Made by a program: the position numbers and the translations under genes. The notes beneath the pieces are model-generated. The model saw nothing but the letters and a program-made list of their open reading frames with translations, was not told the origin of the DNA and made no database searches. From sequence record OM728297.1: DNA of 64,000 nt, one strand, 5' to 3'. Shown piece after piece: positions 38,602 to 48,200 of this stretch. The first letter of the stretch is position 1. Every line of letters starts with the position of its first letter.

Positions 38602-39807
38602 TTGGAAAAAGTACAAAAACCAATATCTATTTCAGAAAAGGATAAAGACTTTTTATTTTCTCTTTCTGAGGAAGATATTACATTAGAAATGCTAGAAAAA
38701 CTTTTCGCTAATAAAAAGAATACAAAAGCTATGTTCAAGCCAAATGATATATTTGTATTACCAAAGGGTAGATTATATAATGATAAAAGTATGACAACAA
38801 CTGTTGGAAGATATATTTTTAATTTATTTATGTTATCCCCTAAGATTATTCAATTAGTAGGATATCAAAATATTTCATTTGATGATGGTAATATTGGTGG
38901 ATTGGAAAATACTCTCTCTGAATATTTGATTGAGGATAAAATTACAGTGCAAGAATTTGCAGATTATATTGACAAATTACAATGGCTTGGATTTATTACT
39001 GCAAAATTCTTAAATGCGTCACTAACTTATGATCTATTAGAGATACCTAAAGAAACGGATGCTCTGAAAAAGAAATTAATTCAAGAGCATAAAAAAGCAT
39101 TGGAATCTGGTGATTTAATTGCTATTAATAAAATTGAAAAACAGTTAGTAGCTGATGCAAAAGGAAGAGTATCTGATATTCCTGACTATCAAATTTATGC
39201 TAGTGGTGCTCGTGGAAGTTTTGGTAACAACTATAAGAATACTACATTACTTCGTGGAGCTATTAAAAATTTAGCAAATCCTGATCAAGTTCATATTTCA
39301 GATGCGTCATTAATGGAAGGAATACCACCAGAAGAAATTCAATACTATTCAGATATTATCACCCAAGCATCATACAGTCGTGCTGTTGGTACTAGGGAAG
39401 GTGGATATGAATCCAAGAAGCTTAGTGCTGCTTTCCAAAACATTGTTTTAGATGATGAAGGTTCTGATTGTCATACTAAAAAGACTGTAACAGTTGAACT
39501 TAATAAGGGTAATGCAAATATGTTTATGTATAGATATATTGTAGAAAATAATAAACTAGTATTATTAACTTCGGATAATATCAATAATTATATAGGAAAA
39601 ATAGTAAATGTTAGAAGTCCTCTATACTGCTTAAGTAAACAATACTGTAGTAAATGTGCTGGCGAACTCTATTATCGTCTAGGTATTAGGAACGTTGGAA
39701 TTATTTCCAACCGTATTGGGACTTCTTTATTAAACGCATCTTTAAAAGCATTTCACGATATGACATTAAAGGTTGTAAATCTTGATATAGATAAATATAT
39801 TGAATAA
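38602..39807 (+). CDS. Beta'-like subunit (bridge helix to trigger loop) of virion RNA polymerase, AR9 gp264-like
   Basis: SGARGS, SRAVGTREGGYESKKL (bridge helix), DCHT, VRSPLYC...CSKC, LKAFH; virion assignment from late promoter and recalled AR9 gene order. Confidence 0.85.
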   Translation: MEKVQKPISISEKDKDFLFSLSEEDITLEMLEKLFANKKNTKAMFKPNDIFVLPKGRLYNDKSMTTTVGRYIFNLFMLSPKIIQLVGYQNISFDDGNIGGLENTLSEYLIEDKITVQEFADYIDKLQWLGFITAKFLNASLTYDLLEIPKETDALKKKLIQEHKKALESGDLIAINKIEKQLVADAKGRVSDIPDYQIYASGARGSFGNNYKNTTLLRGAIKNLANPDQVHISDASLMEGIPPEEIQYYSDIITQASYSRAVGTREGGYESKKLSAAFQNIVLDDEGSDCHTKKTVTVELNKGNANMFMYRYIVENNKLVLLTSDNINNYIGKIVNVRSPLYCLSKQYCSKCAGELYYRLGIRNVGIISNRIGTSLLNASLKAFHDMTLKVVNLDIDKYIE

Positions 39808-39850
39808 AATAAAAAAAAATAAAGACTGACAAAGAATCAGTCTTTATTTT

Positions 39851-40105
39851 TTAGTCATACATTCCCTCATTAACAATCTCTAACATTTCATATTTTGTAA
39901 GTGGTCTTCCTAACCCATTAATATTAGGTATTTTGTAATTCTTTTCCCAACCCTTAAATCTCGCTCTTATTCTAGCAATGAATTGTATTTTCTTTTTAGT
40001 CTTTTCTGAACTATCTTTAATCATCAATTCAGCAATCATAAAATCCATATCAATAATAGATTTTGCACGCAACAATTTTAATATGTCTAATGTCTTAGTT
40101 GTCAT
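39851..40105 (-). CDS. Hypothetical early protein
   Basis: 84 aa, RBS AGGAG. Confidence 0.55.
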   Translation of the reverse strand: MTTKTLDILKLLRAKSIIDMDFMIAELMIKDSSEKTKKKIQFIARIRARFKGWEKNYKIPNINGLGRPLTKYEMLEIVNEGMYD

Positions 40106-40117
40106 AACTTCTCCTAA

Positions 40118-40453
40118 TTAATTTAAGAATTTTATTTCTCTAATATAATTTTCCTCATCATAAGATACATTAATTTTGTCGCCCTTCTTGAGTGATTTAA
40201 AAACCTCTTCACTTCCTGCATATAATTCTCTATTATCTCCTGAATCAGATAAAATAATCTTAAATGTATCTCTTGAATTTTTTCCTTTTCTTTCTATTTT
40301 TACCTTATCAATTATTGTTGAATTATCTATAGTTGAATATTCTTTATATGTGTTAGTTGATGGTTTTTTATTATCTATCGTAGTATTGGTGTTTACTTGA
40401 TTGCATCCTACTAATAAGACTGATAATAATCCCACAATAACTAATTTTTTCAA
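40118..40453 (-). CDS. Lipoprotein
   Basis: MKKLVIVGLLSVLLVG-C lipobox. Confidence 0.7.
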   Translation of the reverse strand: MKKLVIVGLLSVLLVGCNQVNTNTTIDNKKPSTNTYKEYSTIDNSTIIDKVKIERKGKNSRDTFKIILSDSGDNRELYAGSEEVFKSLKKGDKINVSYDEENYIREIKFLN

Positions 40454-40483
40454 AAGAATTACCTCACAATCATTAAGTATCTC

Positions 40484-40666
40484 TTATTTATTTTCTGACT
40501 TACTTAATTCATACATCTCATCAAGTAAGTTCATAGAATAATCAAACATTTCACTATATATACTATAGCTTATTTCCCCTGTTGAGTTTAAACCATTTAG
40601 AAAATCAGCCATTTCAGCTTTTAGTTTTTCTTTTTTTGTTGCATTAGGTGATATCCCCCACGCCAT
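40484..40666 (-). CDS. Hypothetical early protein
   Basis: 60 aa, RBS GAGGTGA. Confidence 0.55.
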   Translation of the reverse strand: MAWGISPNATKKEKLKAEMADFLNGLNSTGEISYSIYSEMFDYSMNLLDEMYELSKSENK

Positions 40667-40678
40667 TTATTTCACCTC

Positions 40679-41002
40679 TTAAATTTTATTTGGATTCCAT
40701 CTTAAATAATTATCTTCTATAACTTCGGCTCTACTTTTTTCGTAGCTTCTTATTAATTCTGTCACTGCATGAATCAAATGATTATTGTCTGTTAAACGAT
40801 AATCTCCTATTTCATAGTATTTATTTGTCTCTGTACTTACTAAAACCTTATATTTTCTAAATATCTTACCTTCTACTTTTTTGTATAAAGTGATCCTCCA
40901 TTTAAATTGATCTCCTGACGTCTTCCTAACTACATTAATATAATAAGTACCTTTATCTGTTTTAATTTCCTTTAAATCCTTTTTATTAATCAATTTTACC
41001 AT
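40679..41002 (-). CDS. Hypothetical early protein
   Basis: 107 aa, overlaps upstream stop. Confidence 0.55.
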   Translation of the reverse strand: MVKLINKKDLKEIKTDKGTYYINVVRKTSGDQFKWRITLYKKVEGKIFRKYKVLVSTETNKYYEIGDYRLTDNNHLIHAVTELIRSYEKSRAEVIEDNYLRWNPNKI

Positions 41003-41327
41003 CCCACTTATTGTAATTTTCTTTTATCTTTTTAACCTTAGTACTATTTTTTTCCTTTTTGAATTCTATAGATTCAATATGTTCAATTTCATCTTTTATA
41101 AATTCAATAAGCATGTTGTCTGACTCTAAACTTGGTGTGAACCAATCTGTTTCAACTTCTCTAATATGCTTAAGATTGTATCCAAACCACCATCTTCTTT
41201 TATCTGCAATATATAAATTGACTAACCATTTATGCTGAAGTTCATTAAATGGAGGAGAATATCTTGATGTTTTTGTTACTATAACACCATATTTTCTTAG
41301 TTTTGATTCAACTATTTTAATATCCAT
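40986..41327 (-). CDS. Hypothetical early protein
   Basis: 113 aa, RBS AAGGGG. Confidence 0.55.
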   Translation of the reverse strand: MDIKIVESKLRKYGVIVTKTSRYSPPFNELQHKWLVNLYIADKRRWWFGYNLKHIREVETDWFTPSLESDNMLIEFIKDEIEHIESIEFKKEKNSTKVKKIKENYNKWDGKID

Positions 41328-41392
41328 TTTTAATCCCCTTTAATAAATATAAAGGATAATAATATTATCCTTTATATTTATTTTTCTTCTAT

Positions 41393-42673
41393 TTAATTAT
41401 TTAGAATAAAGATTCCCAAAATTTGATCTTTCTGTAGATCAAAATCTCCATTAAACCGCCCGTTATTTCTGTCTACTAAGAAATTCTGTGGTGATAATAA
41501 TGAGAAATGTTCTTTCATCTTATTATCAAATACTGGAATGATATTCAATACGTCACCATCATAGTCACCTGATAGTGCAGACAATAAGTTATTACTAATT
41601 CCCAGTGTTAAGTCTTTATAATCTTTTTTAATAAGACCAATCTTTAGGTATAAAATACTACCAATACTAATAGTAGGGTTACGGTTAAGTAAAAATGTAC
41701 AACCACCTTTAGTTTTTGTAATTAGTTCTTCCATATAGTTATATAACTCTTGATTAAATCCTAGTATGCCTTTTTCCCAAAATTTTAGTGCTTCATTATA
41801 ATTTATACCTTTTACTTTACTGATAAGATTGATAAGCTGAAACTTATAAAGTTCTGCGAACGTTTTATAAGGCATAGCAACTTCATCAATAGGATGACCA
41901 ATTAATGGTGTAATAACATTTCTGGCACTAAAATTGATTCTAGAACCCATAATATTCTTTCTTAGAAATCCTTTTTTACCTCGAAGGTATTCACTAATAA
42001 TTCTTGTTAGGATATTATTGGCATAGAATTGCATATTATAAAGTAATGGTAATAATAGTAAATCAATGCTGTCATCAGATACTACACCCTCATTAATCTG
42101 GTTTATGTACTCAATAACAAAGTTGTAGTAATTATTAATCTCATCAAATGCCAATACTTTTCCTTTACTCCCAGTTAATAATGTAGCTGGTCTAAGCTTG
42201 TGTGAAAATACTGGTAGTTTATTAATAAAAATCTTATCATGATTTTCAATTAAGAAATCATATTCTTTTTGATATTTCTTTTTATCAGTGTATTTTTCAA
42301 GGAGATCATCAAAATTATCCTTAAACTTTACTAACCCGATATAATCATCTTCCCCAATTTCTTCTGTTAGATCAATATTCTCACCGTTTTGATCAATAGA
42401 CTGTTGGTAGTTAATAATTTTATTAATACTTGGAATACATTTTTTGATGATAGTAAATAAGATTGGATTGATAATATAATAAGGTTCAATATTAATCCAT
42501 CCAATAGTATCTATATCCTTATCATCATCGTCTTCATTATAACTACCAAATATCCTTTCTGAGTAAATACCATCATCAGAGAATTCATGATTTTCAATTG
42601 GATTAGCTCTTGTAATTAAATTCTCCTCATTGTAAATCTCATTAAAATCGATTAAGGATAGTTTCTTCCCCAT
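41393..42673 (-). CDS. Beta' N-terminal (catalytic) subunit of non-virion RNA polymerase, AR9 gp270-like; uninterrupted
   Basis: GIYSERIFG, LRGKKGFLRKNIMGSRINFSARNVI, LNRNPTI, SGDYDGD catalytic motif. Confidence 0.92.
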   Translation of the reverse strand: MGKKLSLIDFNEIYNEENLITRANPIENHEFSDDGIYSERIFGSYNEDDDDKDIDTIGWINIEPYYIINPILFTIIKKCIPSINKIINYQQSIDQNGENIDLTEEIGEDDYIGLVKFKDNFDDLLEKYTDKKKYQKEYDFLIENHDKIFINKLPVFSHKLRPATLLTGSKGKVLAFDEINNYYNFVIEYINQINEGVVSDDSIDLLLLPLLYNMQFYANNILTRIISEYLRGKKGFLRKNIMGSRINFSARNVITPLIGHPIDEVAMPYKTFAELYKFQLINLISKVKGINYNEALKFWEKGILGFNQELYNYMEELITKTKGGCTFLLNRNPTISIGSILYLKIGLIKKDYKDLTLGISNNLLSALSGDYDGDVLNIIPVFDNKMKEHFSLLSPQNFLVDRNNGRFNGDFDLQKDQILGIFILNN

Positions 42674-42840
42674 ATTCTGTTTTCCCCCTATTTTATCTTT
42701 CTAATACACTTGAAAATTTTCTTTTTTGTAAATCTAAAATACACTATCTCTATTATAACTGTTTTCTATTCTCTGCGCAAGTAAAATTTTTTAAATTTTG
42801 CCAACAATCTTCTCCCCTTTCTAAAACTATAATCATAAAA

Positions 42841-42853
42841 ATAATATATATTT
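42841..42853 (-). promoter_or_regulatory. Early-type promoter motif AAATATATATTAT
   Basis: Exact 13-mer upstream of nvRNAP beta' operon. Confidence 0.7.
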
Positions 42854-42897
42854 AATTTTTATAATAGAATAAGCAAAGACTTTCTTATAGTCTTTGC

Positions 42898-44112
42898 TTA
42901 TTTAAATAATTGCTTCGCTGTAGAATCATTTATAATCCCATCAGCTTTCATTCCCTTAGATGATTGAAATTTAATAACTGCTTGCATAGTAGTCTCATCA
43001 AACCATCCGGTAGGTTCTAATATATAGCCTAAGTCATTTAAACGTTGCTGTACTAAACGAACATCATCACCAAATAACATAGGAGTAGTATACATAAGTG
43101 TCCTTTTTATAAAAGTAAAACTTGTGTCAGTAATTTGACTCCATGTAATTGGTCCAACTTTTCCATCTACAGTTAATGAATGTGATTCCTGAAAATTTTT
43201 AACTGCTGATTCAGTACTACTATCATAAAAACCATTAGAGTTACATTCATAACCTAAAAGCTGTAATCTATTCTGTAATCGCTTAATATCATTTCCATAT
43301 AACTGATTATTGTTATCAAAGTATAATATTCTAGAAAAGGTCATTCTATTTTCAAAAAATTTTAATGATAATTTCTTTATAAGACTAAAAGTCTCGTCAT
43401 TAACTATTCCATCTGGAATTAAGTTATAGCTTTTTTGGAAATTAAGTACTGCTAACATGGTAGTATTGTCAAAATATCCATTAGTATCACAGTTGAATCC
43501 AAATAGATTTAACATTGTTTGTAATTCTGTTACATCATTACCAGTGACAGGTTTTTTTGAATCAAAGTATAGTGTTCTGTTACCAAATGCATATCTCAAT
43601 AACCCATTAGGTGCTTTTCTTACAGGCTCAATTGACACATTAAGTACATTGGCTATAATCTCATTCAATGGAAAGAATATTCCTGGATTGCTTTTATCAG
43701 TAATAATCTCATCTAAAGCGTATATAGTTTTTAGAGTAGAATTATTATTTCTTAAGTATTGTATGAGTAAAACAATTGAATTCTTTTGTATAGTTGGCAT
43801 TAATTCGGATGTATAATCACCTTCTACGCAAATTCCAATACTATTTCTATTGAAGTCCATTCCTGTTTGATCATCATGAGCAAATTCGCCAATTGTATCT
43901 AAAGATCTTCCTCTAAAAATAACACCTTCTTTTGAGATAAAAAAATGACCTCTAAACATAGTCTTTCCATTCTTATATTTATCTTCTCTATCTAAATCAT
44001 AAATGGAACAACCCGATCTTTCAGAACTAAAAAGAATGAGGAACAGTGGTCTGTTCCCCTTTCTTGGCTCTCCATTAGGAGTTAGATATGTCTCTATGAT
44101 ATTTAATGACAT
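42898..44112 (-). CDS. Amidase_2/PGRP-fold protein lacking zinc ligands, with three peptidoglycan-binding domains
   Basis: GHFFISKEGVIFRGR, SIGICVEGD; three G-x-DV..LQ..L...G....DG..G/N..T repeats. Confidence 0.8.
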   Translation of the reverse strand: MSLNIIETYLTPNGEPRKGNRPLFLILFSSERSGCSIYDLDREDKYKNGKTMFRGHFFISKEGVIFRGRSLDTIGEFAHDDQTGMDFNRNSIGICVEGDYTSELMPTIQKNSIVLLIQYLRNNNSTLKTIYALDEIITDKSNPGIFFPLNEIIANVLNVSIEPVRKAPNGLLRYAFGNRTLYFDSKKPVTGNDVTELQTMLNLFGFNCDTNGYFDNTTMLAVLNFQKSYNLIPDGIVNDETFSLIKKLSLKFFENRMTFSRILYFDNNNQLYGNDIKRLQNRLQLLGYECNSNGFYDSSTESAVKNFQESHSLTVDGKVGPITWSQITDTSFTFIKRTLMYTTPMLFGDDVRLVQQRLNDLGYILEPTGWFDETTMQAVIKFQSSKGMKADGIINDSTAKQLFK

Positions 44113-44118
44113 ATTATC

Positions 44119-44661
44119 CTAACCTTCCTTTTTGTAGGTATTATAAAGAGATGTTATAATATTAAATTCATTATCAACATAAGCTAAATCACCTATATCA
44201 TCTATTGCTTTTTTAGCATCAACTTCATAATCATCCATCCAACCAACTTGAAGGTCATTGGCTTTTTCTAAATTAAGAATTATTTTCTTAATTCTTTCAA
44301 TTTTCTTTGCAGTACCTTTATCTAGTTGGTCAAGATATTTTATTTTTAAAAGTATCTTTTTACCAAACTCATAGGTTTTATTTTGAGCCTCAACTGCATC
44401 CTCAAAATCCCCTTTTAAGAATGTTTCAATATCTTCTAATAAGTTAAGAATAACATCTGTTTGTTCATCAACGTCATGTTTTAATTCATTAATATCTTCA
44501 AGTTTGTCTTCTATTTCTTTAGTTTTACTAACAATTATACCATTCTTATTGGCAGATATATGACCATCAAATCGATTCATTATCAACTGTCCGGGCTGAG
44601 AGTCTTTTGCAAATTCTTCAGAAAGAGGTTGATATGCGAATCTTCCATTATAAGCCATCAA
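44119..44661 (-). CDS. Tail-fibre-associated coiled-coil protein
   Basis: N-terminal module shared with two upstream ORFs, then coiled coil. Confidence 0.5.
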   Translation of the reverse strand: MMAYNGRFAYQPLSEEFAKDSQPGQLIMNRFDGHISANKNGIIVSKTKEIEDKLEDINELKHDVDEQTDVILNLLEDIETFLKGDFEDAVEAQNKTYEFGKKILLKIKYLDQLDKGTAKKIERIKKIILNLEKANDLQVGWMDDYEVDAKKAIDDIGDLAYVDNEFNIITSLYNTYKKEG

Positions 44662-45194
44662 TATCCACCTCCAATTTGATCTAAACCAGATTTGTTACTT
44701 ATTTTTTGATTAGTTATATCATTAGCCAAGAATTTCATTTCATCTATAGTTGCTTTTAGTTTAAGAATATCTTTCAGATTATCAACTATAGGATCAAGAA
44801 AAGGACGAATTTCTTTATATTGAAAATCCTTCAATTCTTTACAAAAATTATCTATTAATGTCATTAAACTCTCAACATCTGCATCCAACTCTGTTAAACT
44901 GACATATAATTCTTCTGCCCTATCTCTAACTTTTTTAGTATCATCTTTTAATACATCTATAGAGTTTAGTAATCTTTCAATTTCTTCAGCTAATTCAATA
45001 AACTTTTTAACAAGCTTATTTTTATAACTGAGGAGGGCATTTGCCCTAGCCTCAAGTTCTTTTGTTTTACTTTTATACTTACCATTATGCTTAATTGTTA
45101 CATGCCCAGTCTTCTTATCAAGAATGATTTCTCCTTCTTTAGCATTAAACATATTTTTCTCAAGCAATGGTCTTATTACAATTCTCCAATCCAT
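44658..45194 (-). CDS. Tail-fibre-associated coiled-coil protein
   Basis: Same module (GEIILDKKTGHVTI...SKTKELE). Confidence 0.5.
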   Translation of the reverse strand: MDWRIVIRPLLEKNMFNAKEGEIILDKKTGHVTIKHNGKYKSKTKELEARANALLSYKNKLVKKFIELAEEIERLLNSIDVLKDDTKKVRDRAEELYVSLTELDADVESLMTLIDNFCKELKDFQYKEIRPFLDPIVDNLKDILKLKATIDEMKFLANDITNQKISNKSGLDQIGGGY

Positions 45195-45208
45195 TGATTA
45201 TCACCCAA

Positions 45209-48200
45209 TCAAGTGTTATTTTTATACCAAATTGTCTCACCAATAAGGCTTGAGTTGTTCTGAAGACCATCCATTATTTGAAGAGCTAATTCTGTCTTTC
45301 CAGTGGTAGTATTTCTAAGTTCTTCAATTCTAACTCGTATACCACTAGTAACAGTACCAATTTCTTCTAATGAATTTTTAAATTGGTCGATAACGCTTAA
45401 ATCAGTAAAGTCTAAATAAGATAAGATGGATTTAATTGTATTTACATCATTTTCAATTTCATAATTTCTTTTTTGTAGATCAGTTACTTTTTCCCTTAAT
45501 ACATCTTTCATAATTTTAAGGTCATTGATTCTCTGTTCATTATTTTGCAGAGAGATATCAATTGCAACTGCTCTTTTTTCTGACAATGCTAGTAATTCCT
45601 CTAATTCCTTAGTTTTACTAATTAGATATCCATCATCATAAATTGAAATATGTCCTGTATCACGATCAACTACCATCTCACCATCAATTGCCTTTACTTT
45701 GTTTTGTTCAGTTAATGGTTCTAAGCTGATTCTTAGCGGTCCAATTGGTTCTGGTATCTTATCAATAATTGTAAATACTACATATGAAGTGGCTCTTAGA
45801 CCATTAATCTTCTTAATTGCTGTTACTGATAATTGATAACTATTAGGATCATTTAACAGAGTACCTAATTTAAATGATCTACCGTTAAGTTTAGCTTCAA
45901 ATTCATTATCTTCTTTATAAGATGGATTATCCTCATAAGAATCAATATCTGGTCTTGCTGATTCTTGAATAACTTCAGGTAATACACCGACAATTTTTGG
46001 AGGTTCAGGAGGAACTGAATCTAATGTAAATTTAACTATAGTTGTAGCAGTTAAACCATTAAGACGTTTTTTAGCAGTAACAACTAAAGTATAATCTCTT
46101 ATCTCAGCTACTTCATTATATATTGGGCTCCCAATTTCATATGGTTCTCCATTTAAGGTTGCAGTAAATTCGACACCATAAACATACTGGACAGTTGGTG
46201 AAACTGTTAAATATGTTGATACACCTTCTTTAAAGCCCATAACAACAGGTGGTTCTGGTGGTAATTTATCAATATTTGTTATTGCTTTAGTGTCTTCAAC
46301 AAAATAACCATTAGGATCTTTGTATCTAGCATGAATAATACAGTTATCAGTTACATCAAACGGCTCACTATATGATTGCCATTCTTCAGCACTATCAATT
46401 TTATATTCAAATTCTGAGCCATAATTTGGATACCTAATTGTAATAGTATCCTTAATACTCGGTATATACTCTGGGTCTGCCAATATTAATGGTTTTTGTT
46501 CTTCATTAGGATTAAATACGATAAAATTAACATCAGACATTGAAACCATAAAATTAGATTTCTTTCTCCGAACAACAAGTAAATTATAATCTCCTGAATC
46601 TATAATAGGTGTTCCCATAACATATGGAAGACCATTTAAATATGCATCCTCATTTTCATTACCATCAACATCGAGATCATTTGTTAACGAAAATGTAAGA
46701 GATATTTCAATTTTATTTTCAGGATAGTTTGGATCGGTAGCTGTTACAACTAATCTATATGCGCCCTTGTCTCTAATTGTATCTTCACGTTTAAAAGAAC
46801 TTAGAAGGGTTCCATTTAAATATAATTTATGCTCATACTTTAACCCTGCAAAAATATCCCAAGTAGGTTGAACTGCCACATCTTTTCCTCTAAAGACTTG
46901 TCCTTCTTCAATAATAGAACCTGTTAATTTATTCTTGATAATAAGCTCTTTTCCAGTTATATCAATAGATCCCGGCATTAATTTAAAGTTTCTAACTACC
47001 ATTTTATAATTTGTCGGAAAGTTATGATCTGAAATTTTAACTTCTACTACATAATCTCCGTATTCAGTTAGAATATCTTCGTCATCTGTTGGATCATATG
47101 ACCGTCTAGTACCATTATAAGTAATCCATGACTCATAATCTAGATTAGATGGAAGTTGCCCTGTATACCAAAATGGTTTAACTTGAATCCCTTTATAGAC
47201 ATCGTTATTTTGAATAGGTATATCTGTAATAGCGTTAACAATTACAAGAGCAATTTCATTCATATCAACTTTTTTATCAACAATTGAGAAGTGTCTCACT
47301 ACAGTTGTAGTGTTGGTAGGATTATCTATCTCTGTGATAATCAATTCTAACTCATAGTCACCCTTATTTGATAACACTGTGAGATCTTTCATAAAATCAA
47401 AATCTTCTCCATCATATCGCAATGTATAATCTACATCACAATCTTCTGGCTCATCCCAAGTTGGTAATACTAATTCATCTTCGAAGATTCGTCCTTCATT
47501 GATTTCAGTCTCATCAAAATCATTATAAATTTCAATATCAAGATTAGTGTTAATTGGAGCTATAATAAAATTACGAATAAAAGTCTTATTCTCTCCAGCA
47601 CCATTTTCTAAGACAACAGTAATAGAATAATTACCATAATCTGTATAAACATCATTATTTGGTGTAAAAGGAACTGTAGATTCATCTCGCTCTAATGTAT
47701 AACTTATTATAGTACAATCCGCTGGAATTGGTTGCCAATATGGTTTAACTTCTTGATCTTTAAATATTTTTCCTTCAGAAATGATAGTGTTTGGTGCTTC
47801 AGGAAGATTTACATCAATAAATTCCATTTCATAAGTATCAAGATCAGTTATCTTTTCTATAATCTCGAAATTTACGCTAATTTCCTTTTTATTATCTGGA
47901 TAATTCTTATCAGTCAGATTAAATTTAATTGTATATTGACCGATATTAGTTAATGTATCACCCTTTTTATATGAAATTAAACTATTATTGTACGTAACAG
48001 TTATTCCATATGTTATATTAGAATCTTCTTTCCAAGTTGGTTGAACTTTAGCCTCAAATTGAGATCCTTCACTAATAGGTTTAGTAGTAATTGCATCTCT
48101 GAGATCTAAGACAAGATCATTCCAGTCTTCAGGAGCGGCAGTAACTTCAAAGTTTATAATACCTGTAGCTTGGTTGTCTGGATAATTCTTATCAGTAATA

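Noticed and set aside
41393-42673. Intron in the nvRNAP beta' gene (I recall, unverified, one reported for AR9)
   Set aside because: ORF is uninterrupted here with no RT nearby; at most this hints at an intron-less relative, which needs an alignment to confirm
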